From Octopus sinensis (taxonomy: Eukaryota): DNA of 64,000 nucleotides. Position numbers and translations under genes: made by a program. The DNA lies in contig NC_043023.1 in assembly GCF_006345805.1 (NCBI RefSeq), forward strand, positions 1,674,001 through 1,738,000, given 5' to 3'. Below, in pieces: positions 1-13,018 of the stretch; within the stretch, counting starts at the first letter, position 1; each line of letters begins with the position of its first letter. Below the pieces are notes generated by a model. The model made no database searches. It was not told the DNA's origin and worked only from the letters and a program-made list of their open reading frames with translations.

Positions 1-890
1 CAGTGCCGTAGTCAGTGTGGTGGGCACATGACAAACACCATCCGATCCGATCGTGGCCGTTCGCCAGCCTCATCTAGCACCTGTGTCGGTGGCACATAAA
101 AACACCATCCGAAGACCCGGCAAGACTAGTCAGGCCATAACCCATGGCCCCTACCTGGGACGTAGTCAGTCCACCTGTGCATACCTTCCTTCTTGTGACA
201 CTTGTGAAGACCTGTTGAGGCAAGTGAAAATCAAATCAAAACAAATCAAAATAGATGAACATCAATGGAATTTGTATCTTTGTGGTACCAGTGCCGGTGG
301 CACGTGGCACATAAGAAAACCATCCGAACGTGGCCGTAGCCAGTACCGCATCGACTGGCCTCCGTGCTGTGGGCACGTAACAAGCACCTGTGGGCACGTA
401 ACAAGCACCATCCGATCGTGGCCGTTTGCCAGCCTCATCTGGCACCTGTGTCGGTGGCACATAAAAACACCATCCGAGCGTGGCCGTCTGCCAGCCTCGT
501 CTGGCACCTGTGTTGGTGGCACATAAAAAACACCATCCGAGCGTGGCCGTCTGCCAGCCTCGTCTGGCACCTGTGTCGGTGGCACATAAAAACACCATCC
601 GAGCGTGGCCGCCTGCCAGCCTCGTCTGGCACCTGTGTCGGTGGCACATAAAAACACCATCCGAGCGTGGCCGTCTGCCAGCCTCGTCTGGCACCTGTGT
701 CGGTGGCACATAAAATCACCCACTACACTCTCGGAGTGGTTGGCGTTAGGAAGGGCATCCAGCTGTAGAAACACTGCCAGATCTGACTGGACTGGTGCAG
801 CTTTCGGGCTCCCCAGACCCCAGTTGAACCGTCCAACCCATGCTAGCATGGAAAGCGGACGTTAAATGAAAAAAAAAAAAAATGATGATG
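1..890 (+). mobile_element. Non-autonomous retroelement (family C, (GAT)n tail) with five internal 62-bp tandem units (~407-716)
   Basis: Motif gttggcgttaggaagggcatccagctgtagaaac...ccaacccatgctagcatggaaagcggacgttaaatga(tga)n, repeated >15 times in the window on both strands. Confidence 0.8.
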
Positions 891-1031
891 ATATACATAC
901 AGAAATTTCTGTCGATCTTTTTTCGAGTAGCGTGCATATTGTGAAAAAATCATATGGTAAATGGACAATATGTCCAATTTTTCGGCATATTTGGCATTAG
1001 AAATTTTTTCGATTGCCCTTATTTATGAATT

Positions 1032-1074
<43 letters not shown>

Positions 1075-1627
1075 ATATACATACATACATATATGTATGT
1101 GTGTGTATATATATATATATGTATATATATATTTGTATATATGTATGTGTGTATATATACATATATATGTGTATATAAACTTCATCTTTTACTTGTTTCA
1201 GTAATTAGACTGTGGCCATGCTGGAGCACTGCATTGCAGTTTTTATTCAAACAAATCAACCCCAGTACTTATTTTATTTTCTTAAACCTGTTACATTTTC
1301 TATCAATCTCTTCTGCTGAACTGCCAAGTCACAGGGACATAGACATACCGACACTGATTGCAAGTAGTGGTGGAGGAAAGACACAGACACAAAGACACAC
1401 ACACACACATAGATATAGATATATGACAGGCTTCTTTCAGTTTCCATCTACCAAATCCCCTTTTCTGCAAAGTATTCAGTTTTTATAACTTGACATAAAA
1501 ACAAGCATTGATGTATAAATACATACGTATATATTTTTATGGCTGTGTGGTAAGAGCCTTGCTTCCCAACCACATGGTTCTGGGTTCAATACTACTGCTT
1601 GTCATCCTTGAGCAAGTATCTTCTACT

Positions 1628-1782
1628 CACTAGCATAGCTAGGGGGAGGACAGTAGGGGCAGCACTTTTAAAGGGGCGGCACATTTGGGTCTGCTGTAGA
1701 TAATATGTGTTTTTTCTGTTGGGTCGAGCGGCAGCAAATGGAAGGGCCGCCCTGGGCAGCACACACTCTAGCTACGTTAGTG
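1628..1782. mobile_element. hAT-type MITE inserted in a family-A SINE
   Basis: 15-bp TIRs CACTAGCATAGCTAG/CTAGCTACGTTAGTG; exact 8-bp TSD cttctact at 1620-1627 and 1783-1790. Confidence 0.85.
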
Positions 1783-1960
1783 CTTCTACTATAGCCTTGG
1801 GGTGACCAAAGCCTTTTCACTAGATTTGGTAGATGGGAATTGAAGGAAGCCCATTTGATGTGTGTGTATACAAATGTATACGATGGGCTTCTTTCAGTCT
1901 CCATCTATCAAATCCACTCATAAGGCCTTAGTCAGCCCAAGGCTATACTCTCTCTCTTTA

Positions 1961-2358
1961 CTCTTTTACTTGTCTCAGTCATTTGACTGTAGCCATGCTG
2001 GAGCACTGCGATAGTCAAGCAAATCGACCCCAGGATTTATTCTTTGTAAGCCTAGTACTTATTCTATTGGTCTCTTTTGCCGAACCACTAAGTTATGGGG
2101 ATGTAACCACACCAGCATCGGTTGTCAAGCGATGTTCGAAGGACAAACACAGACACACAAACATACACATACATATATATATATATATATACATACATAT
2201 ATACGACGGGCTTCTTTCAGTTTCCGCCTACCAAATCCACTCACAAGGCTTTGGTCGAGCCTGAGGCTATAGTTGAAGACACTTTCCCAAGTTGCCATGC
2301 ATTGGGATTGAACCCAAAACCATGTGGTTAGGAAGCAAGCTTCTTATTACCCACGCCT
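1961..2358 (-). mobile_element. tRNA-derived SINE family A
   Basis: Reverse complement of the family-A consensus with internal (TA)n(TG)n tract and gactga[a/g]acaagtaaaaga tail. Confidence 0.8.
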
Positions 2359-3149
2359 GGTGATTATATAATAGATAAAAATGATATTATAAAAACGATA
2401 TTATCAAGTGTCTGCTTTCTTAAATTTCAAAGAAAAGTTAAAACATGCAAAAATCATGAATTGTGAATTGAAAAATTAACCAAAAATTTTCTTGAAAGAA
2501 CTTTTGAAAATGTCTAACAAAAATCAAAAGAGAAATAGAGAAATATCTTGAAGATATTACATAACTTTTATACATGCCAGGAAAATCAAAATTCATGAAA
2601 GTTTTATTGCGAAATTATCATAATAGGTTTTCGATGCCGAATGTGAAATCTTTTTCTCTGAATGTGAAAACTATTTCTTTAATTTCCTTGAAATTATAAT
2701 TGCTCTGAGAATGTAGTCATGAGAGTGGAAGTAATGACAACATGTGTCTACATTTAAAGAGACAGACAGGAAACCAGGAGAAAAGGTGGTTTGCAATGAA
2801 GGGGAGACGTCGAGAGCGAAAGCAGGTTTCTGGAGAATATGGTATTCGAAATGAACTATAAAAGCAATGTGTACATTAAAAAAATATATATATTGAATTT
2901 GGAATTTTTAACACTATAATATAATTTTACACTAATTCACAATGATTTTAGAGTTTTGGTTACATACATGTATATACTTGCATTAGCATCTTTTAAGTAC
3001 TAATTTTATAGGTACAGCTAGAGGAAAACAAAAGCCCTTCCTTTGCACTCCAGTTGGGTCGACCTTTGCATTTACCTCAAATGTGGGCAACCTAGATGCA
3101 TCATTTCTAAGTGCAGGGTCTGTTTGCACTGATACCATCATATTTTATA

Positions 3150-3522
3150 GGCACAGGTGTGGCCGTGCGGTAAGAAATTTGCTTCCCAACCACTTGGTGC
3201 CTGGTTCAGTCCTTTTGCATGGCACCTTGGGCAAGTGTCTTCTACTCCAATATAGCCTTATGTTGACCAAAACCTGGTAAATAGATTTGGTAGATGGAAA
3301 CTGAAAAGAAGCCCAGTTTGTGCGTTTGTGTGTATTTCTCCCTCTCGGCTTGATAACTGCTATTGAGGTGTTTATGTCCCTGTGACTTAGGGGTTCAGTG
3401 TAAGAGACTGATGGAATATATACCAGGTTAATATAAGTACTGGGGTAGATTCATTCAACTAAAAATACTTCAAGATGATGCACCAGCATGGCTGCTGTTT
3501 AATGACTGAAACAAGGAAAAGA
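3150..3522 (+). mobile_element. tRNA-derived SINE family A (diverged)
   Basis: A-box gtggccgtgcggt, B-box ggttcagtcc, ccttgggcaagtgtctt body, gactgaaacaag tail. Confidence 0.8.
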
Positions 3523-3574
3523 TATGTATATATATATATATATATATAGATAGATAGATAGATAGATATATATA

Positions 3575-3935
3575 TCATCATCATCGTTTAATGTCTGCTT
3601 TCTGTGCTGGCATGGGTTGGATGATTTGACTGAGGACTGGCAAACCAGATGGCTGCACCAGGCTCCAATCTGATCTCGCAGAGTTTCTACAGCTGGATGC
3701 CCTTCCTAATGCCAACCACTGTGAGTGTGTAGTGGGTGCTTTTTAATGGGCCACCGGCACAAGGGCCAGTCAGGCAGTACAGGCAACGGCCGTGCTCAAA
3801 CGGTGTTTTTTATGTGCCACATGTAAAGGAGCCACTCCAGCGGCACTGGTAATGACCTTGCTCGAATGTTGCTTTTTACGTGCCACCGGCACGGAAGCCA
3901 GTTAGCTGCTCTGGCAATGATTATGCTCAGATGGA
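3575..3935 (-). mobile_element. Family C (GAT)n-tailed retroelement
   Basis: catcatcatcgtttaa...ctggatgcccttcctaatgccaaccac. Confidence 0.75.
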
Positions 3936-3940
3936 GTTCT

Positions 3941-3994
<54 letters not shown>

Positions 3995-4601
3995 TGCACA
4001 CATTGATATGTGTTAGTGTGTGTATGTTTATGTCACTTTGCTCTGACATTGCAACATAGTTGTAAATGAGTGTCACTGTTAAACAAGCGGTGTCATTCAT
4101 TTCCAATCTTCCGCAAGAACGTCTGGTCAAGGGGAAATGTTATCTTGCTTAAAATTACGTGAAGGTTGGTGACAGGAAGGGCATCCAGCTGTAGAAAATC
4201 TACCTGAATGAAAATTTCGTCTGACTCATATAAGCACGAAAAAGTGAACATTAAAACAACGATCTTGTTGGTAATATCATCATCATCATCGTTATTATCA
4301 TTTAACATCCATTTTCTATGCTGGCATGGGTTGGATGGTTTAAACAGAGCTGGTAAGGCCAGGGGCTGCACCAGACTCCATTGTCTGTTCAGGCATGGTT
4401 TCTACAGCAGGATGCCCTTCCTTATGCCAACCACTTCACAGAATGTATTGGGTTTTTTTTATGCGGCACCAGCACCAGTGTCAATTCTGTTGTAATGAGC
4501 AAGTTTTCTTGATGGTCCTTAGTCATCTCCTTCATAAGGCCCAGAGATCAACCTTGAGTACTTTGTCCCATGTCTTCCTTACTCTTTACTCTACTCTATT
4601 A

Positions 4602-4780
4602 CTCTTTTACTTGTTTCAGTCATTCGACTGTGGCCATGCTGGAGCACTACCTTTAGTCAAGAAAATCAACCCAGGACTTATTCTATCGGTCTCTTTTGCC
4701 AAACCACTAAGTTACGGTGGACGTAAACACACCAATGTCGGTTGTCAAGCGATGTTGGGGGGACAAACACAGACACACCC

Positions 4781-4819
<39 letters not shown>

Positions 4820-4983
4820 CGATGGGCTTCTTTCAGTTTCCATGTACCAAATCCACTCACAAGGCTTTGGTCGGCCCGAGGCTATAGTAGAAGACACTTG
4901 CCCAAGGTGCCATGCAGTGGGACTGAACCTGGAACCATGTGGTTGATAAGCAAGCTACTTACCACACAGCCACTCCTACACCT
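4602..4983 (-). mobile_element. tRNA-derived SINE family A
   Basis: Near full-length match to the other copies. Confidence 0.85.
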
Positions 4984-5556
4984 ATTATAAAAACCTTCTA
5001 GTACTACTAGGCTCCGGAGAGATTCGAACACTCGGCCTCCAGTTTACTTATTAATAGGAATAAAATATTTTAGTATTGGTAAAATCCATAAGGTTAGCCA
5101 GAAGAAATGATGGAATTGTTCCTGAGTTTATTTATACACAGTTGCAGAAAGTCTCCATATTTCTCAAGAAAATAAAATGAAACAGAATAAAATCTAGCTT
5201 CTGTTACTAAAACATTCTTAAGTGCTGAACAAAAAAAGTTCTTAAATTTAATAAAGTAAATATTTATTTAATTTTATTTTATCTCATTGGAAAATTTGAA
5301 GAATTTCTGTACTTTTATATAAATGAAGTCTTTGCTGTGGCTGCGTGATAAGAAAGTTGTTTCCTGATTGCATGATTCTGGGTTTAGTTCTACTATGGGG
5401 CAACCGGGGCCATTACTTTTAATTATAGCCCTGGACTGACTAAAGCACTGCATTGTGATGGAAACTGAAAGAAGCCCATCATGTGTGTGTGTACAAATAT
5501 AAGTATATATATATATATATATTTGGTAGAAGGAAACTGAAAGAAATGCATTGTGT

Positions 5557-5627
<71 letters not shown>

Positions 5628-6780
5628 GGTGAGAAAGTTGGTGTGTGAAAGCACGTGGTTGGATGTATAAAAAATAGAAAAGAGTGAAAAAACTACAGAA
5701 GGCTTGTTTTATCAGGTTAAAGAATATATTTAAGTTGTTATGTTAGAAAAATGTTAGAAAATTTTGTATATAGTAGCATAGTTTGTATATAGTAACATAG
5801 TTATTTCTCCAAAAACTATGTTACTATATACATAGTATATAGTAACATATGACGGCAGAGGTGTCAAACATCGTTATAGAGAGAATGTGAAGGGAAGGGG
5901 GAAAGAGAGAGAGACGGAGGAAGACTGGCAGTTAGCCAAAGAAACGACAATCATACAGTGAGAGGGGTGGAGGAAGAAAGAGTAACAGAGGCTATCAAAC
6001 AACGTTATAGAGAGGAGTGAAAGGAAGGGAGGAAAGAGAGACAGAGGAAGAAAAGGTCATATATGAAAGAGAGAAGACTTGTCAAAGTGTGCGTTTTTTG
6101 CCCTAGCAATGACACCTTTTAAGATAGGGATTTCTAACCTAGCCCACTCGCATCCTCACCTCATTTTACATGTCCCTGTAAATTTTGGAGTCAATCCGAC
6201 AGGATCTAGTGGCCTTTAACCCGTTCCAATGCCAAAACCAGATAAACTTGTCCCCACAACATCGGTTGACAACCGATGCTGGTGTGTTTAGTCCCGTAAC
6301 TTAGCGGTTCGGCAAAAGAGACTGATAGAATAAGTACCAGGCTTACAAAGAATAAGACCTGGGGTCGATTTGCTCGACTAAAGGCGGTGCTCCAGCATGG
6401 CCACAATCAAATGACTGAAACAAGTAAAAGAGGGTTGATTTGTTTGACAAAATTCCTCAATGTGATGCCCCAGCATGGCCACAGTTTGAAGACTGAAACA
6501 AGTAAGAGATAATAACACAGAATGTACTGGATGTTCTCATCTTGTAATCGAGATGAATCTGCATTTTAGGGCTGTAGTTTGAAAAACTGAGGAATGATCT
6601 GTGTTGTGCTGCCCTTCACTGAGAAACCTTCCTCTGAGTTTTGCAAGGGGTAACATGTTCTCTTTGAGCTGTGTATATCTGTCACAAATGACGTAAATAC
6701 TAAGTTTCTTGGAATATAGTTATGTAAAAAGATCATGATTCTTCTTTCATTGAATTGGCTGCCAACAGAGACGTCTGTTT

Positions 6781-6808
6781 CCCTAAGCAGCACCGGGTAT
6801 CCTGCTAG
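6781..6808 (+). mobile_element. Helitron 3' terminus
   Basis: ccc..gcagcaccggg hairpin, then tatcctgCTAG followed by T; same architecture as the Helitron ends at 51379 and 53188. Confidence 0.55.
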
Positions 6809-7605
6809 TATGTATAAGTGTATATATACATACACATATATATATGCACATACATACATATATATATATGTATATACATACAAATATATGCATATACATA
6901 CATATATGTATATAAGTACATACATATATTTATATACATATATATATGTATATACGTACATATATTTATATACATACATGTATATATATACATACATATA
7001 TGTATATACGTACATATATATATGAATATACTTACATATAGTTATATAAATACATGTATATATATATATATATGTATATATTCATATATGTATATACATA
7101 CATATATATATGTATATATATATGTATGTATATGCATATATATATATGCATATACATACATATATATGTATATAACTATATATATATATATGTATATAAC
7201 TATATATATATATGTATATACCTACCTATATATATATATGTATATACCTACCTATATATATATATATATATATAATATATATATATATACATATATATAT
7301 ACACACACATATATGCATGTATGTGCGCATATATGTATATACACATATATATATATACATATATACACATATATACATACATGCATGTACATATAGATAT
7401 ACTTACTGTAGATCTATCAAACCATCTGCCCATCTTGCATGTATGTATACATGCGTACATACATATACTCATATATACACATGTGTACATGTGTGTGTGT
7501 ATGTATATATGTATATATATGGTCATGTACACACACACGCACATAAATATATATGTATATATATATATGCCTATGTATATATATATATATAAATATATAT
7601 ATATA
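6809..7605. repeat. Compound (TA)/(TATG)/(CATA) microsatellite
   Basis: Low-complexity tract; source of spurious YI-rich ORFs. Confidence 0.95.
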
Positions 7606-8040
7606 ATTCATATTACATTCTTGTGTGTGTCATTCACAATATTGTGGCTGTGTTTAGGTATATATACATGACTGTGTTTATATATACACACATACACATA
7701 TACATAGCAAAGTAATGACTGGGTGCATATAGGCATGTGGTGGGGTGGATAGCTTTTGTCTGAACAAATACTACAGTTGTCATGCATTTGACAAGTGCAT
7801 CTGCCAGCATCTCTTCGCTGCGAATGTGCACTGCTGCACATTTGTGTCTTGTGAAATCCAGCAGAAATACAGAGATAAGCTGAATGTAAGATGACGTGAT
7901 GTCCCTACAGAGTGGACAGGCAGCTGTGCCATTCTGAGAACCAAATAATTCCTAGGTCACCCTTATAGAACTGGTGATTACTGCACTAGGCCCTAAGGTG
8001 AGAAATGTGCTGTTGACCCTACAAATCTTCAGGATGTTGT

Positions 8041-8535
8041 GTCAATGACACAGTAGTGATGGTCGTGGTGGGATTTTTACTGAAGAATTAAAAGGGAAGG
8101 GATGGTGTTATATCAATGACAAAGTAGTGATGGCCATGGTGGGATTTTTACTGGGGAATTAAAAGGGAAGGAATATCGTTGTATCAATGACAAAGTTGTG
8201 ATGGCCATGGTGGGATTTGTACTGGAGAATTAAAGCAAAGGGATGTCGTTTTATCAGTGACAAAGTTGTGATGGCCATGGTAGGATTTTTACTGAAGAAT
8301 TAAAAGGGAAGGGATGGTGTTATATCAATGACAAAGTAGTGATGGCCATGGTGGGATTTGTACTGGAGAATTAAAAGTGAAGGAATGCCATTATTATATC
8401 AATGACAAAGTAGTGTTGGCCATGGTGGGATTTGTACAAGCGAGTTTAAAGGGAAGGGATGTCATTATATAACTGTCAGAGTAGTGATAGCCATGGTAGG
8501 ATTTGTACTGAAGAATTAAATGGGAAGGGATGTGA
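8041..8535. repeat. ~70-bp minisatellite, ~7 copies
   Basis: Unit tcaatgacaaagtagtgatggccatggtgggattt.tactg.agaattaaaagggaaggga. Confidence 0.9.
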
Positions 8536-10454
8536 TGAAATACATCAACGTATTTTAATGAGTACATGAGTACAGGTGCAAGCATGGCTATGTGGTAAGA
8601 AGTTTGCTTCCCAACCACATGGTTCCAGGTTCAGTCCCACTGCATGGCACCTTGGGCAAATGTATTTTACTATAGCCTCGGACTGACCAAAGGCATGTGA
8701 GTGGACTTGATAGACAGAAACTGAAAGAAGCCCATAGTATATATGTGTGTGTGTCTCACTGCATTTGTCCCCCACCGCCGCTTGACAACCAGTGTTGGTG
8801 TGTTTACATCCCCATATCTTAGTGGTAACCATCCCATGTTTTATTCAGTCATAACAATTCTAGAATTACTTTATCTGATGTACTTCAAATCATTTAAAAT
8901 GTGTGGTTATAACTGTTGCTGTTTAATCCCAGTTCAGACCGGATCTAGCAGACTTCCTATGATCAAAGATGTTCCAGATGTGACCATCCCATCCTATCTT
9001 TTATACAGACTTAACATATCTCAACCTACATTATCAATCATTTCTGCAGTCTCCTAAGAGGCGAGATTGTTCTCTGCGGGAGATTTGGCTTCTATTTCTA
9101 GCAAGCTGACTGACCATGAACAATCTTCCTTGCTCATATCTATGTTTGTGTTGTGATGCACAGCAATGAAAGGTCCCTGGGTACAAATTCCATTATTGTC
9201 CCGTCCCCTCCACACCAAACTGACCACCACTCCTTCATTCCAGCACTGGTCTAACCAGTCTGTGAGTTTAGAATCGGTGAGTCAGATTATTAGTCTTTTG
9301 TTTGAAAAACAACCGGACCCTTGTGTCTCGGAAATCCTATATCGTCATTGTTTAGTCAGAATTGGTATCAAGGGTTTAAGTAAACAAACCACCCCTTCTG
9401 CCCTCCTGGGACATCATAACTCATCCATGTATTGCATCACACAACTACTCATACACCCATATATAAACATATACACACACAAACATAGATGGAAGCATGG
9501 CTGTGTGGTAAGAAGCTTGCTTCCAAACCACATGGTTTTAGGTTCAGTCCCACTGTGTGGCACCTTGAGCAAGTGTCACCTACTGACCAAAGCCTTGTGA
9601 ATGAATTTGGTGGACGGAAACAGAGAGAAGCTTGTTATCTGTGTGTGTGTGTATGTATATATATATCTGTGTGTGTATATATATATATGTGTGTGTGTGT
9701 GCATATATATATGTGTGTGTGTGTGCATATATATATATATATATGCATGTGTGCATATATATATGTGTGTGTGTATATATATATGTATGTGTGTATATGT
9801 GTATATATATATGTGTGTATATATATATGTATGTATTTATATATGTGTGTGTGTGTATATATATATATATATGTATGTGTGTATATATGTGTATATATAT
9901 ATGTGTGTGTATATATATACGTGTATGTATATATATGTGTATATATATGTGTATATATGTGTGTGTGTGTGTGTGTATTTAAACAAAAGTATTGTAGACA
10001 GTGACTTTGAAGTTTTGGCTAGCTAAGCCATCAATGGATGATAGCTTAGCTGGCCGAGACTTTGCAGTCACTGTCAACAAAGTTCTTGTAAAAGAATAAT
10101 AACTTTGTACTCAACAAAAGTACAGAGTAACCCTTTAGATTAATATAAAATTTTTATTATAACACCCACAAAACAAACACTGGGGGGACATACAATCTGG
10201 GCGGATACCGTGGGGGCTCTCAGTGAAGTTCCAGGTTACAGCTAATGAGATTGATCAGTATTTAACATCTGTGACTGCAATTAGCTGTCAGTCACTCTGT
10301 GAATTCTTCCAATGGGTAATTCCATGTTGGCTTTGCGTAGATGGTTATATTGTCTGGAGGATATATTAGTAATAATCATAAGGATATAGAGCATGGGGAC
10401 TTGTTCATCCTCAAAATTTCTTTCTCCTGGTTTTACAATTTTAAACAACATAGA

Positions 10455-10845
10455 GGCACAGGAGTGGCTGTGTGGTAAGTAGCTTGTTTACCAACCACAT
10501 GGTTCCGGGTTCAGTCCCACTGCGTGGCACCTTGGGCAAGTGTCTTCTACTATAGCCTCAGGCCGACCAAAGCCTTGTGAGTGGATTTGGCAGACAGAAA
10601 CTGAAAGAAGCCCGTCGTATATATGTATGTATGTGTATATATGTATGTGTGTGTATATGTTTCTATTTGTCCCCCTAGCATTGCTTGACAACTGATGTTG
10701 GTGTGTTTATGTCTCCGTCACCTAGCGGTTCGGCAAAAGAGACCGATAGAATAAGTACTGAGCTTACAAAGAATAAGTCGAGTTGCTCAATTAAAGGCGG
10801 TGCTCCAGCATGGCCGCAGTCAAATGACTGAAACAAGTAAAAGAG
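10455..10845 (+). mobile_element. tRNA-derived SINE family A
   Basis: ggcacaggagtggctgtgtggtaag...ggttcagtccc...gactgaaacaagtaaaagag. Confidence 0.9.
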
Positions 10846-10887
10846 TATATATATATATTTGTAAATATATATTTATATACTTATATA

Positions 10888-11250
10888 TCATCATCATCAT
10901 CATCGTTTAACGTCCATTTTCCATGCTAGCATGGGTTGGACGGTTCAACTGGGGTCTGGGAAGCCAGGAGGCTGCGCCAGGCCCAGTCTGCTCTGGCAGT
11001 GTTTCTACAGCTGGATGCCCTTCCTAATGCCAACCCCTCTGAGAGTGTAGTGGGTGCTTTTTATGTGCCACCTACACAGGTGCCAGACGAGGCTGGCAAA
11101 TGGCCACGATCGGACGGTGCTTTTTACGTGCCACCAGCACGGAGGCCAGTCGGGGCGGTGCTGGCAACGGCCACGTTCGGCTGGTTCTCTTCCATTGATG
11201 TTGAAAGATTTCGATTTCGATTTTCACTTGCCTCAACAGGTCTTCACAAG
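10888..11250 (-). mobile_element. Family C retroelement
   Basis: Reverse complement of sequence in the copy at 1-890. Confidence 0.8.
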
Positions 11251-11472
11251 TAGGGTTTGTGTCACAATGAGAGGGACTGGTATCCAGAAGGCCCAAGGTG
11301 GCAGGTAGCACTATGCAAATGCTATGCAAGGACCATAGTCAAACACTCGGTTCAATAATGGTATGAGTGGGAGTCTAATGTGGGTCTTGTATGAGCATGA
11401 ATACATTAGATAAATGAGACAGCAAAGCCAAGGCTATTTGGAATTTTCAGGACATTTATAAAGAGAAAGTTA

Positions 11473-11520
11473 GTCTTACAGCTATTTCTGGGATACTAGG
11501 GATATCGCTTCATCAGAGAC
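11473..11520 (-). ncRNA. Minimal type-I hammerhead ribozyme motif
   Basis: gucu CUGAUGA a gcgaua-ucccuag-uauccc a GAAA uagcu GUA agac. Confidence 0.7.
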
Positions 11521-11642
11521 AAAGTGAAAAGGTTAAATAGAGGGAAATAGTAGAATTCAATATAAGGAGTTGTTTTGGACTCTGCTATTTTACTATAATT
11601 ATTGAACTCTACTATTTCCCACTATTTAACCATCTCACATCA

Positions 11643-11689
11643 TCTCTGATGAAGGGACATCCTTAATATCCCAGAAACAGCCATAAGAC
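11643..11689 (+). ncRNA. Minimal type-I hammerhead motif, degenerate
   Basis: ucu CUGAUGA agggacauccuuaauauccca GAAA cagcc AUA aga; helix III mismatched. Confidence 0.55.
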
Positions 11690-11779
11690 TAACTTTCTCT
11701 TTATAAATGTCCAAAAAATTCCACACAACCTTGGCTTTGTTGTCTCATTTTATTTAACATATAATTATTACTTATATAC

Positions 11780-12182
11780 TCTTTACTCTTTTACTTGTTT
11801 CAGTCATTTGACGGCAGCCATGCTGGAGCACCACCTTTAATCGAGGAACTCGACCCCGGGATTTATTCTTTGTAAGCCCAGTACTTATTCTATCGGTCTC
11901 TTTTTGCCGAACCGCTAAGTGACGGGGACATAAACACACCAGCATTGGTTGTCAAGCAATGCTAGGGGACAAACACAGACACACAAACACACACACGCAT
12001 ATATATATATACATATATACAACGGGCTTCTTTCAGTTTCCGTCTACCAAATCCACTCACAAGGTTTTGGTCGGCTCGAGGCTATAGTAGAAGACACTTG
12101 CCCAAGGTGCCACGCAGTGGGACTGAACCCGGAACCATGTGGTTGATAGACAAGCTACTTACCACACAGCCACTCCTGCGCC
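11780..12182 (-). mobile_element. tRNA-derived SINE family A, full length
   Basis: Full reverse-complement copy. Confidence 0.9.
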
Positions 12183-12480
12183 TATGTAAAATGTATTTGT
12201 AAAATGTAGGGGATTACTCCAAAACATTTACCAGTTCGCTCTCAGTTAGGTATTCAAAATAGGTTATTCAATAGTTAATATATAAATCCAATAAAGTTCT
12301 AATAATATATGAATTTAGAGGTATACTCTGTTGGATAATTCTGAATATATTACCTTAACAATACAGGTTTTCTGGAGTATATAATATCAACAATAATAAT
12401 AATAATAAGGATTATTACGAATGTGGATAGGAATACCTTTAATTCTTTTAATTTATATATATATATACACAGTTACAGTA

Positions 12481-12860
12481 GGCGCAGGAGTGGCTGTGTG
12501 GTAAGTGGCTTGCTTATCAACCACATGGTTCCGGGTTCAGTCCCGCTGCGTGGCATCTTGGGCAGGTGTCTTCTGCTATAACCCCGAGCCAACCAATGCC
12601 TTGTGGGTGGGTTTGGTAGACGGAAGCTGAAGGAGGCCTGTCGTATATATGTATATATATATATGTGTGTGTGTATATGTTTGTGTGTCTGTGTTTGTCC
12701 CCCTAGCATTGCTTGACAACCGATGCTGGTGTGTTTACGTCCCCGTCACTTAGCGGTTCGGCAAAAGAGACCCGGGGTCGATTTGCTCGACTAAAGGTGG
12801 TGCTCCAGCATGGCCGCAGTCAAATGACTGAAACAAGTAAAAGAGTAAAGCGTAAAGAGT
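12481..12860 (+). mobile_element. tRNA-derived SINE family A with apparent TSD
   Basis: (TA)n-cacagttaca occurs on both flanks. Confidence 0.9.
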
Positions 12861-12967
12861 ATATATATATATATACACACACAGTTACAAGTACAGCGTG
12901 GAAGGTGTTTATAAGCCATTTAAAAACACACAAAAAGCGTTAGATTTACTTCAACATTTAAATTTTG

Positions 12968-13018
12968 TTTGTTAAAATATTTTCGGCGCTTTGAAACTGT
13001 GACCTGTTCACTGACAAA
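12968..13018 (-). ncRNA. Hammerhead-like motif with swapped G3-C8 core (GUGAACA)
   Basis: uuuguca GUGAACA ggucacaguuucaaagcgcc GAAA auau UU uaacaaa; palindromic helix III AAUAUU; helix II weak in this copy. Confidence 0.5.

Larger units (their letters stand above)
11412..11750. mobile_element. Inverted pair of Penelope-like pLTR fragments
   Basis: ~150-bp imperfect inverted arms 11412-11562 and 11600-11750, each containing an HHR core. Confidence 0.7.

Noticed and set aside
2400-2880. AT-rich stretch with FLEIIIALRM, hinting at a hAT transposase relic
   Set aside because: One short motif with no sustained frame
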